Source: Methanobacteriota archaeon (lineage in GTDB: Archaea > Methanobacteriota > Methanobacteria > Methanobacteriales > Methanobacteriaceae). From it: a stretch of 64,000 bases of DNA. The stretch lies in assembly GCA_963787255.1 (NCBI GenBank), contig CAWBCJ010000026.1, positions 1 to 64,000 on the forward strand, given 5' to 3'. Each line of letters starts with the position of its first letter. Position 1 is the first letter of the stretch. The notes beneath the pieces were generated by a model that was not told where the DNA came from, ran no database searches, and was given only the letters and a program-made list of their open reading frames with translations. The translations under genes were made by a program, and so were the position numbers. Positions 22,252 to 32,584 of this stretch are shown in pieces.

Positions 22252-23085
22252 TTATATTGTTGGACTGTATATTTTTGGAAGGCTACTGTATTGTGGGGCA
22301 TTTACCCATGCGCCGTTTTGGTAGATCTGAACGGATCTATGTCTAGATGACATGGATGTTGCATATTGTAGTGTTCTGACGTTGTATCCTTGATTTTTCA
22401 GTTGGTTGGATAAGTAGGCGCTCATAGCCCAGCAGTCCATTCCATTTATGTATCCACGGTAGCGATTGTTACTGTAGCGAGTTTTTGAGTAAGTTTTTCT
22501 GGTGCTTGTTGCTTTTTTGGATTGGTATGATTTGCTTTTTGAAGCGCTTGAATAAACTTTTTCTGAAGATGAAGTTGAACTTGCTGATACAGTGCTTGTA
22601 CTAGCTTCTGCATATTCATCCCATTGTTGCATGGCCAGTAGAGTGTAATCTCCTACTTGCCCGTCTTCTTTAAGACCTACTTCTTTTTGGAATGCTTTAA
22701 CAGCTGTTTCAGTGCCTGTTGCGAAGTTTCCGTCAATTTCTCCATTGTAGAAGTTGTTTTCTTTGAGCCAAGTTTGTAATTTTGTTACTTGGTCACCGGT
22801 ATCGCCAATTTTTAGGCCATTATCGTTGGTTAGGTTTTTGTCTTGTAGCCATTTTTGTAGTTTGGCTATTTCTTCTTTACTTAGTGCTATGTTTTTGTCA
22901 GTGTTTGCGTTGTCATTGACTGCATTTACGAATTTGTCTTTATCTAATGTATTCATTAAATTTGGGGTTTCTACAGCCGATGCCAAAGGCATTAGGCTGA
23001 ATATCACACATAGTGCAATAACAATTGCAGGTGCAATAATTTGTCTCTTAATTATACCGCCTCCGAATCCTATACTCTTATACAC
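22252..23085 (-). CDS. Secreted PG_binding_1 domain protein with C-terminal transglutaminase-like Cys/His domain (true start probably ATT at 23052)
   Basis: Signal peptide; LKIGDTGDQVTKLQTWL..IDGNF..TETAVKAFQ..GLKEDGQVG..T; Ser/Thr/Lys linker; DCWAMS..HRSVQ..WVN. Confidence 0.85.
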   Translation of the reverse strand: MYKSIGFGGGIIKRQIIAPAIVIALCVIFSLMPLASAVETPNLMNTLDKDKFVNAVNDNANTDKNIALSKEEIAKLQKWLQDKNLTNDNGLKIGDTGDQVTKLQTWLKENNFYNGEIDGNFATGTETAVKAFQKEVGLKEDGQVGDYTLLAMQQWDEYAEASTSTVSASSTSSSEKVYSSASKSKSYQSKKATSTRKTYSKTRYSNNRYRGYINGMDCWAMSAYLSNQLKNQGYNVRTLQYATSMSSRHRSVQIYQNGAWVNAPQYSSLPKIYSPTI

Positions 23086-23133
23086 CTACTATATTAGGGT
23101 ATTATGGGATAATGTACTATCACTAGAAAATCA

Positions 23134-23148
23134 TATATAAACGTTTCG
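23134..23148 (-). promoter_or_regulatory. Archaeal BRE-TATA promoter
   Basis: CGAAACG-TTTATATA on the minus strand, near-identical to the gar1 promoter. Confidence 0.75.
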
Positions 23149-23814
23149 ATTTATTTCTTGGAAATGGGCATTATTAGAGTGTATTTTAGGAAAAAAGGGG
23201 CGCTTTAATCGTTTTATTTCAACTATTTAGAAATATGCTTTATTTATCCTTATTTTTAGTAACTACGCTCTAATTAAACAAAAATCAGGTAAATTAAATG
23301 AAAGAGGTCTTATTTTAAAAGTGTGATGTGCCATACATTTACAATTGGGATTTATTGGGTCTTTTATTCGTTAATGTGGTTAAATAAAGTCTTTTATATT
23401 AAACAGGGCTTCTTTATAATTTTTTAATGCGTAATTAGATGATAATATGCTTATTATAGCAAATATGGGCTGGAAAATAGGTTTCATCAATGGTTTTAAT
23501 TAATATGCTTTATTTACTTTAAATATAGTTTATTTATATCTTAAATATCCTCATTTGAGGTTTAATATCTATTTGTATTTAAAAAAGGAGACTTTAGAGT
23601 TATTTTTTAAATTGAAGGCTAGTAATAGATATTAAGTGATTTTTAATATATTTTTAGATATTTATAACCATATCATCTCAGGTGAAACTCCACTAAGGAA
23701 TGGAAATAGAAAATTTTAATGAAAAAACACAATAGCGTAACGGGGAAATTAGTGGGGGGCTTGATAGTATAGATCATAAAGATCTCCAGTAAAAAAAAAT
23801 GAAAAAAAAGATAG

Positions 23815-24280
23815 TTAGAGTGTTTTTTTGATTATAAATGAGTTTTTGATGTATTTATAATCCTCTTGATATCCTGGATCCAATTCAATCCGAATACCGA
23901 TATTATTTCCCTGACTATCCGTTCTAATCAGGATATACAAAGAGCTTCCAAACTCATCATTAGATTCAATCGCCTTTTTACTTGCAAATGTTGTATTAGA
24001 TCCTTCTATTGCATTAAGAGCCTGTGGAGGAGCAACCACACTATTAATTTCCCCAATATCTCTCCCATTTTTAAATAGAATTATATCAAATGATGTATCA
24101 TTTGAAGTATCTTTAGCTGTTACTCCTGCCGGTAGTTCAAATTTAACGTATTGGTTTTCAAAATGACCAGCTGAAGCAGTACTATTCATTTTTTGATTTG
24201 TAGAATTATTAATACATCCAGATATTACAATTGCTGCTAAAATCAAAATTAAAACTAAAATTGATGTTATTTTTTTTAAT
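23815..24280 (-). CDS. Putative lipoprotein (start codon uncertain)
   Basis: AAGGAGG SD, then KKITSILVLILILAAIVISGC lipobox. Confidence 0.75.
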
Positions 24281-24451
24281 TTTAAACCTCCTTGTTATCT
24301 TATAGTGATATTATTAATTTAACTACATGATTTAATTTTCAGTTTCTAATTATCATATAACACAGTAAATAACTCTAAATATGTAATTTAGTCCATAAAT
24401 GATTGTTTTATCTCTTTACAGAAAATATTATGATTAATAAGTAAAATAGAA

Positions 24452-24592
24452 TCACTTATACATAGGTCCGGTACGTATAAGAATACCGATTATGATGACA
24501 ATTAAGAAAATAATAATGCATGCAAGTATTAACTGTATTTTTATCTTTTTTTCTCTTTCAATTTGAATTTTTGATTTTTTCTCATCGGTCAT
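24452..24592 (-). CDS. 46-aa single-pass membrane protein (below the ORF-track cutoff)
   Basis: Manual translation MTDEKKSKIQIEREKKIKIQLILACIIIFLIVIIIGILIRTGPMYK*. Confidence 0.6.
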   Translation of the reverse strand: MTDEKKSKIQIEREKKIKIQLILACIIIFLIVIIIGILIRTGPMYK

Positions 24593-24661
24593 ATAATTAT
24601 AATATTATGTTTTTGGTATTCAATTAATAATTTGTGAATATTATGTTTCCAAAATAATTCA

Positions 24662-26633
24662 CTATTTCTTTAAGTAATTAGCAAGTGCAATTGAAACAAT
24701 ACCAGTATATGATTCAAGAAGGTGTTTCTGTTCATTTGTAATTTCTGATTTATATGGTGCAACCGCTAAAACACCCAATTTTGATCCATGTGCACTTAAA
24801 GGTAAATAATACCATTTTGAAGATGATAAAGTGTCAGTTCCGTATCCTGCAGGCTTTTTATGTTCAAAAACCCAATTAGCAACCCCCAAATCACGATCTT
24901 CAAACTGAACCTTATCTCCGGCACGAGATACTACTTTTAAATTCTCATTATCATCATGCAAGATAATTACAACATCATAAGTGAACAAATCCCAAATATA
25001 ACTGGTAATTCTCTTTAAAAAGTCGTTTAAGTTTTCAGAAACTAATAAATCTTTACTGAAATCATATAAAGATGCTATAAATTCTTCCCGTTGCCTTGTA
25101 TTTTCAACCTGTTTTTTAACTGTATCTGCAAGGAAACTGGTTATGATTCCTACAATAAATAGCACAATAAATGTTGGTATGAAACGTAAATCCTCAACAG
25201 AGAAAGTAAAGTAGGGTAAAACGAAGAAAAAATCAAAAAATGCCACGGCCATTATAGATGCCAGGATACCTCCCTTTCGCCCCGCAATTAATCCGCTGAA
25301 AACGATGGGTATTATAAATATCATTGGTATATTAATTGCTTCTAAAAATGGTCTTAAAATAAAGCATATGACCGCTGTGATAATTATGCTTAAAAGACTT
25401 ACAATAAGAGGTCTCCAATAAGTACTTAAATCTAAATAACTTTGTTTATCCATTTGTGGTACTTCTTTATTTTCCTTTTTCTGTCCTCCTTCAACGACAA
25501 GAACCTGAATGGGGCTTCCTTTTCGAATAATTTCATTAACTACAGATCCCCTTATCCATTCCTCGATACGGGATCTCTCGGAATGCCCTATAACAATTAA
25601 ACTTATGTTTTTTGATTTTGCAAATGAAACTATTTCTTCTGCTATATCAATGCCTGTTAATCTAAAAACTTTTCCTCCAAGTTCTTCAGCCAGTTTCATG
25701 TTTTTTTCAAGCTGTAAACTTTCTTCATTTCCCATTTTAAATTTATAAGAGGGTTCTACATAAACTGCGAGCCATTCAGTATTGAAATTGTCAGCAAATC
25801 TATGGGCCAGACGTATAAGGCTTTCTGATGAAGTTCTTGAATTTATACATACCATAATTCTGGAACTGGCTTCCCATGGGCCCAGAATGCCTTCTTTTTC
25901 AAGACGCTTTTGCATATCGTAATCTACCCATCTTGTGGCATATCTAAGTACCAGTTCCCTTAGTGCCACCAAATTCCTCTCTTTAAAGAATTTTAAGATG
26001 GCTTGTGCTGCTTTTTCAGGTATATATACTTTTCCTTCTTCTAATCTTTGAAGTAATTCTTCTGTGGGTAAATCTACAATTTCTATCTTATCTGCAATTT
26101 CAATTATCCTATCAGGAACGGTCTCTCTAACTTCAACACCAGTTATTTGATAAATTATATCTTTTACGCTTTCTATGTGCTGTATGTTTAAAGTTGTGTA
26201 AACGTTTATACCTGCATCGAGTATTTCCTCAACGTCATGATATCGTTTGGTATGGCGTGAGCCTGGTACATTAGTGTGAGCTAGTTCATCTACCAATACA
26301 AATTCAGGCTTTCTTTTCAATACTTCATCAATATCAAGTTCATCAAGTAGAATACCACCGTATTCTATCTTTTTTCTGGGTAAAACATCTAAATCTTTCA
26401 GGAGATCTTCAGTTTCAGCCCTTCCATGTGTTTCAACAATACCTACAATGACATCCTGTCCTTTTTCCTTTAAAAACCGTGCTTCAGAGAGCATTCTGTA
26501 TGTTTTACCAACACCGGCAACATATCCTAGAAATATCTTTAGATATCCTCTTTTACGTTTTTTAATACGTTCTTCTTCTTTTATTCTTTCTTAGAAGTTC
26601 GTCTGGATCAGGTCTTTTATATTCTTCTGTCAT
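24662..26633 (-). CDS. kdpD: KdpD lacking HisKA/HATPase (KdpD, Usp, 4-TM DUF4118 and GAF domains); one extra base near 26592
   Basis: MTEEYKRPDPDELL, LKIFLGYVAGVGKT, GIVETHGR, LVDELAHTN, TTLNIQHIES; ends after GAF at ALANYLKK*. Confidence 0.9.
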
Positions 26634-26750
26634 TTTACGCCTCAAATTAGCATTACTAGGAAAATTTGACTTCTTGATACTTTTTTAAATGGATTTTAAT
26701 TTGAAATTTTTGCTCAATATATATAATGAAAAATATTTAAGAGGAATCCA

Positions 26751-27323
26751 TTAATGGATTCCATCGAGGGCTATATTTAGTTTCAGCACATTTACTATGG
26801 GCTGTCCAATTCCGGGGAAAGGTATTTCTTCGTTTTCATGTATCAAATCATTTATTACAGATTCACTCAGATTTCTTTCCTTGGCAATTCTAGGCACCTG
26901 TATCATCGCTGATTCAACACTGATATATCGATCAAGTCCACTTGCCGATGCAAGAACCAGATCTGCAGGAACTGTAGCATTAGCTGGTAATCCCTCTTCA
27001 GTCTTTATCTCATTTAAACTCTCATTTACTCTATCTGTCAATTTCTTGTTTGTAGGCCCGAAATTGGATCCACCAGATGTACTTGCATTATAATCAACTG
27101 CTGATGGTCTCCCATGGAAATATCCGGGACTGGTAAAATCTTGTCCTATTAATTCAGAACCTACAATCTTCCCATTTACCGTAATTATATCACCATTTGC
27201 TTGATATGGAAATATAACCTGTGATATGCCAGTTATGGCCAGTGGATATATCAAACCCAAAATTAAGGCCATAACTCCAAAAAGCAAAAGAGCATTTTTA
27301 AGTTCTTTCATAATTTCACTCAT
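26751..27323 (-). CDS. kdpC: K+-transporting ATPase subunit C
   Basis: QANG, GSELIGQ, YFHGRPSA, SGGSNFGP, SASGLD, VNVLKLN. Confidence 0.97.
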   Translation of the reverse strand: MSEIMKELKNALLLFGVMALILGLIYPLAITGISQVIFPYQANGDIITVNGKIVGSELIGQDFTSPGYFHGRPSAVDYNASTSGGSNFGPTNKKLTDRVNESLNEIKTEEGLPANATVPADLVLASASGLDRYISVESAMIQVPRIAKERNLSESVINDLIHENEEIPFPGIGQPIVNVLKLNIALDGIH

Positions 27324-29365
27324 TATACCACCCCCAAAAATGATATTAGGATGTCTATAACTTTTATAGCTACAAATGGCAGTATTAGACCTCCTAAACC
27401 ATAGATTGTTATATTTAGTGCTAGTAATTTTGAAACCGATGATGTTGAACGGAATTTAACTCCTCGAAGTGCCAGTGGAATGAGTAGCGGTATTATTATG
27501 GCATTGAATATAACTGCAGATAAAACTGCACTTTCTGGTGTGTGAAGCTGCATAATATTTAGAATGTTGAGTTGAGGATATGCGACTGCAAATATTGCAG
27601 GAATGATAGCAAAATACTTGGCTACATCTGTGGCAATACTGAAAGTGGTCAGTGCACCACGTGTAATGAGTATTTCCTTACCTATTTCCACTATATCTAG
27701 CAGTTTAGCTGGTGATGAGTCTAAATCAACCATATTGGCTGCTTCTCTTGCTGCTGCTGTACCTGCACTCATAGCAACTGCAACATCTGCCTGTGCAAGT
27801 GCAGGAGCGTCGTTTGTCCCATCACCGATCATAGCTACAAGATACTGATTTTCTCCTGTTTGATATTCACGTATCATCTCCAGTTTAGTTTCAGGCCTTG
27901 CTTCGGCTATAAAATCATCCACCCCGGCCTCTGCAGCTATAGATCCTGCAGTTAATGGATTATCACCAGTTATCATAACTGATTTAATTCCCATTTTCCT
28001 TAACTGTGCAAGACGGCCCTTAATACCTTTTTTAAGCACATCTTTCAGTCTTATAACGCCAAAAACCCCACTGCAATCTGCTACTACCAAAGGAGTATCA
28101 CCATTTTTGGAAATTTCTTCGACTATTTCTTTAACATCAGTGGGTATGGCACATTCATGAGTTTTAGCAAATTCATTTATGGAATCTGCAGCTCCTTTCC
28201 TTACTTTGTTAGTTCCAAAGTCTATTCCACTCATACGAGTTTCTGGAGTAAATGGTACAAATTCTGAGTTTTCAGGCGCCCTTATATCTCTTCCACGCAC
28301 TCCTAATTCCTTTTTAGCCAGTGTAACAATACTACGTCCTTCTGGTGTTTCATCAGCAAGAGAAGATAAAAGAGAAGCTTCAATGAGGTCTTTCTTTTGT
28401 ATTCCATCAACTGGAATAAATTCAGTGGCTTTTCTACTTCCAAGAGTGATAGTACCGGTTTTATCGAGTAAAACTGCACTTACATCACCTGCTGCTTCAA
28501 CTGCCCTCCCGCTTAAAGCAATTACATTGTGCTGTAATAATCTGTCCATACCAGCAATACCTATAGCTGGAAGGAGCCCCCCAATAGTTGTGGGCATTAG
28601 ACAGACAAGAAGAGCTATTAAAATGGGTATACTAATGCTTACTCCCAGGTAATTAGAAAATGCAGTCAGTGTAATTACTACGGCAATGAAAAGTCCTGTT
28701 AAAGCAACAAGCAGAATCTCCAATGCCTTTTCATTGGGTGTTTTCTCCCTTTTAGCACTTTCAACCATGTTAATCATGCTGTCAAGGAATGTTTCTCCAG
28801 GATCCACTGTTATTTTAATCTTTATTTCTCCTGAAAGCAATTTTGTACCGCCAGTAACACCACTTATATCTCCACCAGATTCTCTTATTACTGGGGCAGA
28901 TTCACCAGTTATCGCTGATTCATCAACCAGGGCTGTTCCATCAATTATATCACCATCACTAGGTATAATCTCTCCTTCTTTTACTAGAACTATGTCATTC
29001 TTTCGAAGTGAGAGTGCTGAAACCTTTTCTGTAGTACCATTAGTGAATTTATTTGCAAATGCTTCTGTTCTGGTCTGTCTAAGTGATTCTGCTCTTGCTT
29101 TACCTCTTATTTCTGCAAGTGATTCTGCAAAATTTGCGAATAAAACTGTAAACCACAGCCATACACTGATTTGAAGGTTAAACAAAAAGTTTCCTCCGGT
29201 GAATAGATTGCTTATACAAATTAGTGTTGTAATAATCGCTCCAATTTCCACTATAAGAATTACAGGGTTTCTAAGGAGAATTACAGGATTAAGTCGTGCA
29301 AATGACCCTTTAAATGCCTCTAACAAAGTTTTAGGCTCGAAAATACTTGTTTTTTCGTTTGTCAT
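27323..29365 (-). CDS. kdpB: K+-transporting P-type ATPase subunit B
   Basis: [34 protein letters not shown]. Confidence 0.98.
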   Translation of the reverse strand: MTNEKTSIFEPKTLLEAFKGSFARLNPVILLRNPVILIVEIGAIITTLICISNLFTGGNFLFNLQISVWLWFTVLFANFAESLAEIRGKARAESLRQTRTEAFANKFTNGTTEKVSALSLRKNDIVLVKEGEIIPSDGDIIDGTALVDESAITGESAPVIRESGGDISGVTGGTKLLSGEIKIKITVDPGETFLDSMINMVESAKREKTPNEKALEILLVALTGLFIAVVITLTAFSNYLGVSISIPILIALLVCLMPTTIGGLLPAIGIAGMDRLLQHNVIALSGRAVEAAGDVSAVLLDKTGTITLGSRKATEFIPVDGIQKKDLIEASLLSSLADETPEGRSIVTLAKKELGVRGRDIRAPENSEFVPFTPETRMSGIDFGTNKVRKGAADSINEFAKTHECAIPTDVKEIVEEISKNGDTPLVVADCSGVFGVIRLKDVLKKGIKGRLAQLRKMGIKSVMITGDNPLTAGSIAAEAGVDDFIAEARPETKLEMIREYQTGENQYLVAMIGDGTNDAPALAQADVAVAMSAGTAAAREAANMVDLDSSPAKLLDIVEIGKEILITRGALTTFSIATDVAKYFAIIPAIFAVAYPQLNILNIMQLHTPESAVLSAVIFNAIIIPLLIPLALRGVKFRSTSSVSKLLALNITIYGLGGLILPFVAIKVIDILISFLGVV

Positions 29366-29378
29366 GAATAAACCCTCC

Positions 29379-31079
29379 TTAAAATGTGAATCCTCCGTTC
29401 ATGAGCAACTGTTCAAGTATTGGTCCCAATGAAAACACGGGGAAGAAAGTCAAAGCACCCACAATTAGCACCACGCTTACCAGCATGATTACAAAAAGCA
29501 CATTGGTACTGGGGAAAGTTGAAGCATCAGTTGGAACCCTTCCCTTCTTAGCTAATGCACCCGCAATTGCTAAGGCAGGTAGTATAACTGCAAATCTACC
29601 GATAAGCATTCCTAAACCAAGTGTCAGGTTATAAAATACAGTGTTAGCACTTAAACCTGCAAATGCTGAACCATTATTTGCAAGTGCAGAAGCATAAGCA
29701 TAGAGTATTTCCGATAGTCCATGTGATGATGGATTGTTAAGACTGGCCACTCCATCTGGTAAAGATATGGCAATTCCTGCAAGTATAAGAATCATGGCTG
29801 CAGGCACCACAAGAGCTATAACAGCCATTGCCATTTCATAAGGTCCTAATTTCTTTCCAAGGAATTCAGGAGTTCTTCCTATCATAAGTCCGGCTATGAA
29901 CATGGTTAAAATGACATAGAAAAGCATTCCTATAAGTCCAACACCCAGACCTCCAAAGATTACCTCGCCGATACCCATATTGAACATATAAACAAGTCCA
30001 GTTAGAGGCATGGCACTATCGTGCATTGAATTTACTCCCCCATTGGAAACGGATGTTGTAGGCACTCCCCAGAGAACTGATTCTGCAACGCCGAATGTCA
30101 ATTCTTTACCTTCTAAATTACCTCCAGAGACACCGAGTTTCTCGATTATAGGATTAGGTTGGCTTTCGGTCCAATATGCCAATCCCATTCCAGCTACCAG
30201 CAATATCATCATGGCAGAAAATATGGCCAATCCCTGTTTGAAATTTCTTATAATGTATCCAAAGGCAAAAACAAGTGCCATGGGTATTAAAAGAATTGCA
30301 AATGTTTCCAGTATATTGGTTAAGCCGTTTGGATTTTCAAATGGATGTGCAGAATTTGCGTTGTAGAATCCTCCTCCATTTGAGCCAAGCATCTTTATTG
30401 CTTCTTGGGAAGCTACAGGACCCAGTGCTATTGTTTGGTTAGCCCCATCTATAGTTTGAATGGTTACTGGCTGATTAAGTGTCTGAACAACACCTTGTGA
30501 TGCGAAAATAAGTGCGAATACCACAGCTATTGGTAGAAGAACATATAATGTTGTTCTGGTTAAATCTATCCAGAAATTACCGATTGTATCTGAATTTTTA
30601 CGAGTAAAACCTCTAATTAACGCCAGTAGGGCAGCTATACCCACTGAAGCTGAAAGAAAATTCTGCACAGTCATCCCCAGCATCTGTGTCAGATAGCTCA
30701 TTGTAGATTCACCAGCATAAGACTGCCAGTTAGTATTTGTAGTAAAAGAAATTGCAGTATTTAAAGCCGTATCCCACCTAACACTAGATAAATCTGCAGG
30801 ATTCAGCGGTAAGAAGTTTTGTATTAATTGTAAAACAAAAAGAAACAGTATTCCTATTATATTGAATATAAGCAATGCATAAGCATATCTTTTCCATGTC
30901 ATCTCCTGATTTTCGTCAATGGAACATATGCGATAAATAAAAGTCTCTAACGGCCGTATCACGGGTGTCATGAATGTTTTTTTACCTGTAAATACATTTG
31001 ACATGTATTTACCAAGAGGTATGGCAAAAATAGTCACCATTAGCAGAAATAACAGGATAAGAATCACATCTTCTATCAT
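29379..31079 (-). CDS. kdpA: K+-transporting ATPase subunit A
   Basis: [38 protein letters not shown]. Confidence 0.98.
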   Translation of the reverse strand: MIEDVILILLFLLMVTIFAIPLGKYMSNVFTGKKTFMTPVIRPLETFIYRICSIDENQEMTWKRYAYALLIFNIIGILFLFVLQLIQNFLPLNPADLSSVRWDTALNTAISFTTNTNWQSYAGESTMSYLTQMLGMTVQNFLSASVGIAALLALIRGFTRKNSDTIGNFWIDLTRTTLYVLLPIAVVFALIFASQGVVQTLNQPVTIQTIDGANQTIALGPVASQEAIKMLGSNGGGFYNANSAHPFENPNGLTNILETFAILLIPMALVFAFGYIIRNFKQGLAIFSAMMILLVAGMGLAYWTESQPNPIIEKLGVSGGNLEGKELTFGVAESVLWGVPTTSVSNGGVNSMHDSAMPLTGLVYMFNMGIGEVIFGGLGVGLIGMLFYVILTMFIAGLMIGRTPEFLGKKLGPYEMAMAVIALVVPAAMILILAGIAISLPDGVASLNNPSSHGLSEILYAYASALANNGSAFAGLSANTVFYNLTLGLGMLIGRFAVILPALAIAGALAKKGRVPTDASTFPSTNVLFVIMLVSVVLIVGALTFFPVFSLGPILEQLLMNGGFTF

Positions 31080-31291
31080 GTTAATCCCTCTTTAATATGT
31101 TTAAATTTATCTAAATCTGAATCTTCTTCATCATCCTCGTCATCAATCATCATAATATGTATCCCCTTCATTCTATTAGTTTCATTTTTCCGGATTTCCT
31201 GGAAGCTATTTTTAATATTTTTTACACGCAAATTATTATAAGCGTGATATTTAAGATGTATTTCCTTTTTTTTATTCAAGCTCGTTTCCAA
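31076..31291 (-). CDS. Soluble leader ORF overlapping the kdpA start (ATGA); 71 aa from TTG 31291 or 25 aa from ATG 31153
   Basis: GAGGTG SD before TTG; AAGGGG before internal ATG; acidic DDEDDEEDSD; not KdpF-like. Confidence 0.55.
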   Translation of the reverse strand: METSLNKKKEIHLKYHAYNNLRVKNIKNSFQEIRKNETNRMKGIHIMMIDDEDDEEDSDLDKFKHIKEGLT

Positions 31292-31307
31292 TATTTTTTT
31301 ACACCTC

Positions 31308-31461
31308 AAATATTTTTTCCCGCTAACCTCCAGAATTCATAACTACTCTATGGCGGAAAATTTTTTAATAAAAACTTCCGACAGTTTTAATAAAAGTTTC
31401 CACCAAACCCTCGAATATGTCACTATGTATAATATAAACTTTGTGACGGAAAAAATTTCCG
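31308..31461 (-). promoter_or_regulatory. kdp promoter/leader with repeated GGAAA/TTTCC elements
   Basis: TATA-like TTTATATT near 31432-31439; palindrome CGGAAA-AAA-TTTCCG at 31447-31461; 22-bp-period direct repeat TTTTAATAAAA at 31363 and 31385. Confidence 0.55.
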
Positions 31462-31664
31462 AATGACAATTGTAACAATAATATAATAGATTTTAATGCC
31501 TCATTTTTAGATATTAACTTCTATTTTTATTTAAAATTACATATAATGTGAAATAAAGAGAATTCAACTAATATGTATATTTAGTAAAAATAATTCATGA
31601 TTAATCATTATAAAATATGTTTATAATAATAATATGTAGTTAGGTTATCTGTTTAAAAATTTAA

Positions 31665-31882
31665 AAAAATTGAAGATGAACAATGCGCAGGTAACTGTAA
31701 AAACATTAACTTGATTACTATGATTAAACAAGGTAAACCAGAAAACGTTATTCTAGAAACAGCTGTAGATCAAATAGTAAATGGGAAAATCAGGTAAACA
31801 CGGCCTGGAAAAATTTTTAGTTGGCAGTACCACAGAAAGAGTAGTTAGGGGAGCAAAAGTTCCAGTTAATGTCATATCTTAA
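31665..31882 (+). pseudogene. C-terminal relic of a universal stress protein
   Basis: [50 protein letters not shown]; N-terminus missing. Confidence 0.8.
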
Positions 31883-31915
31883 AAAAGAAATTAAGTATAA
31901 ACGAGGATTATCGAA

Positions 31916-32566
31916 ATGTATATTGTAATTGTAGGCGCTGGAAGAGTTGGATTAAATCTTGCCTCATTTTTAATTTCTGACGGGCACGATGTTACCATTA
32001 TTGAAAGTAGTGATAATTTATGCAGTAATGCAATGCACGAATTAGATGCAATGATCATTTGTGGAAACGGAACAGATAAAAAAATACTTGAAGAAGCAAA
32101 CGTTGCTGATGCTGATGTTTTTGTTGCAGCAACTGGAAATGACGAAGCAAATCTGCTATCATGCATACTGGTTAAAAGATACAAAATCCCGAAGATAATT
32201 GCAAGAGTAAGCGATCCCACCCATGAAGAAGTATTTAAAGAGGTAGGCATTGATTCTGTAGTTAGCCCCGAACTCACTGCAGCAAGCTACCTAGAAAAAC
32301 TTATAATAAGACCTAAAATAGCAGATCTTGTTATAATAGGTAAAGGAAACGCCGAACTACTAGATATTACAGTAACAAACAAAAATGTGTTCAATAAGAA
32401 AACCAGTGAATTAAGCCCAACTAAAGACTTTATCATAAGTGCTTTACACGAAAATGGAGATATAATTATTCCAGATGACACTACAACCATAAAAGAAGGT
32501 TGTAAAATTTCAGTTCTTGTAAAAAAACATGCAGTAAAAACAGTTGAAGAACTGTTCACATCATAA
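31916..32566 (+). CDS. trkA: TrkA/KtrA potassium uptake RCK subunit
   Basis: [33 protein letters not shown]; TrkA_C domain. Confidence 0.93.
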   Translation: MYIVIVGAGRVGLNLASFLISDGHDVTIIESSDNLCSNAMHELDAMIICGNGTDKKILEEANVADADVFVAATGNDEANLLSCILVKRYKIPKIIARVSDPTHEEVFKEVGIDSVVSPELTAASYLEKLIIRPKIADLVIIGKGNAELLDITVTNKNVFNKKTSELSPTKDFIISALHENGDIIIPDDTTTIKEGCKISVLVKKHAVKTVEELFTS

Positions 32567-32584
32567 AGATGGTCTTGATATTAA

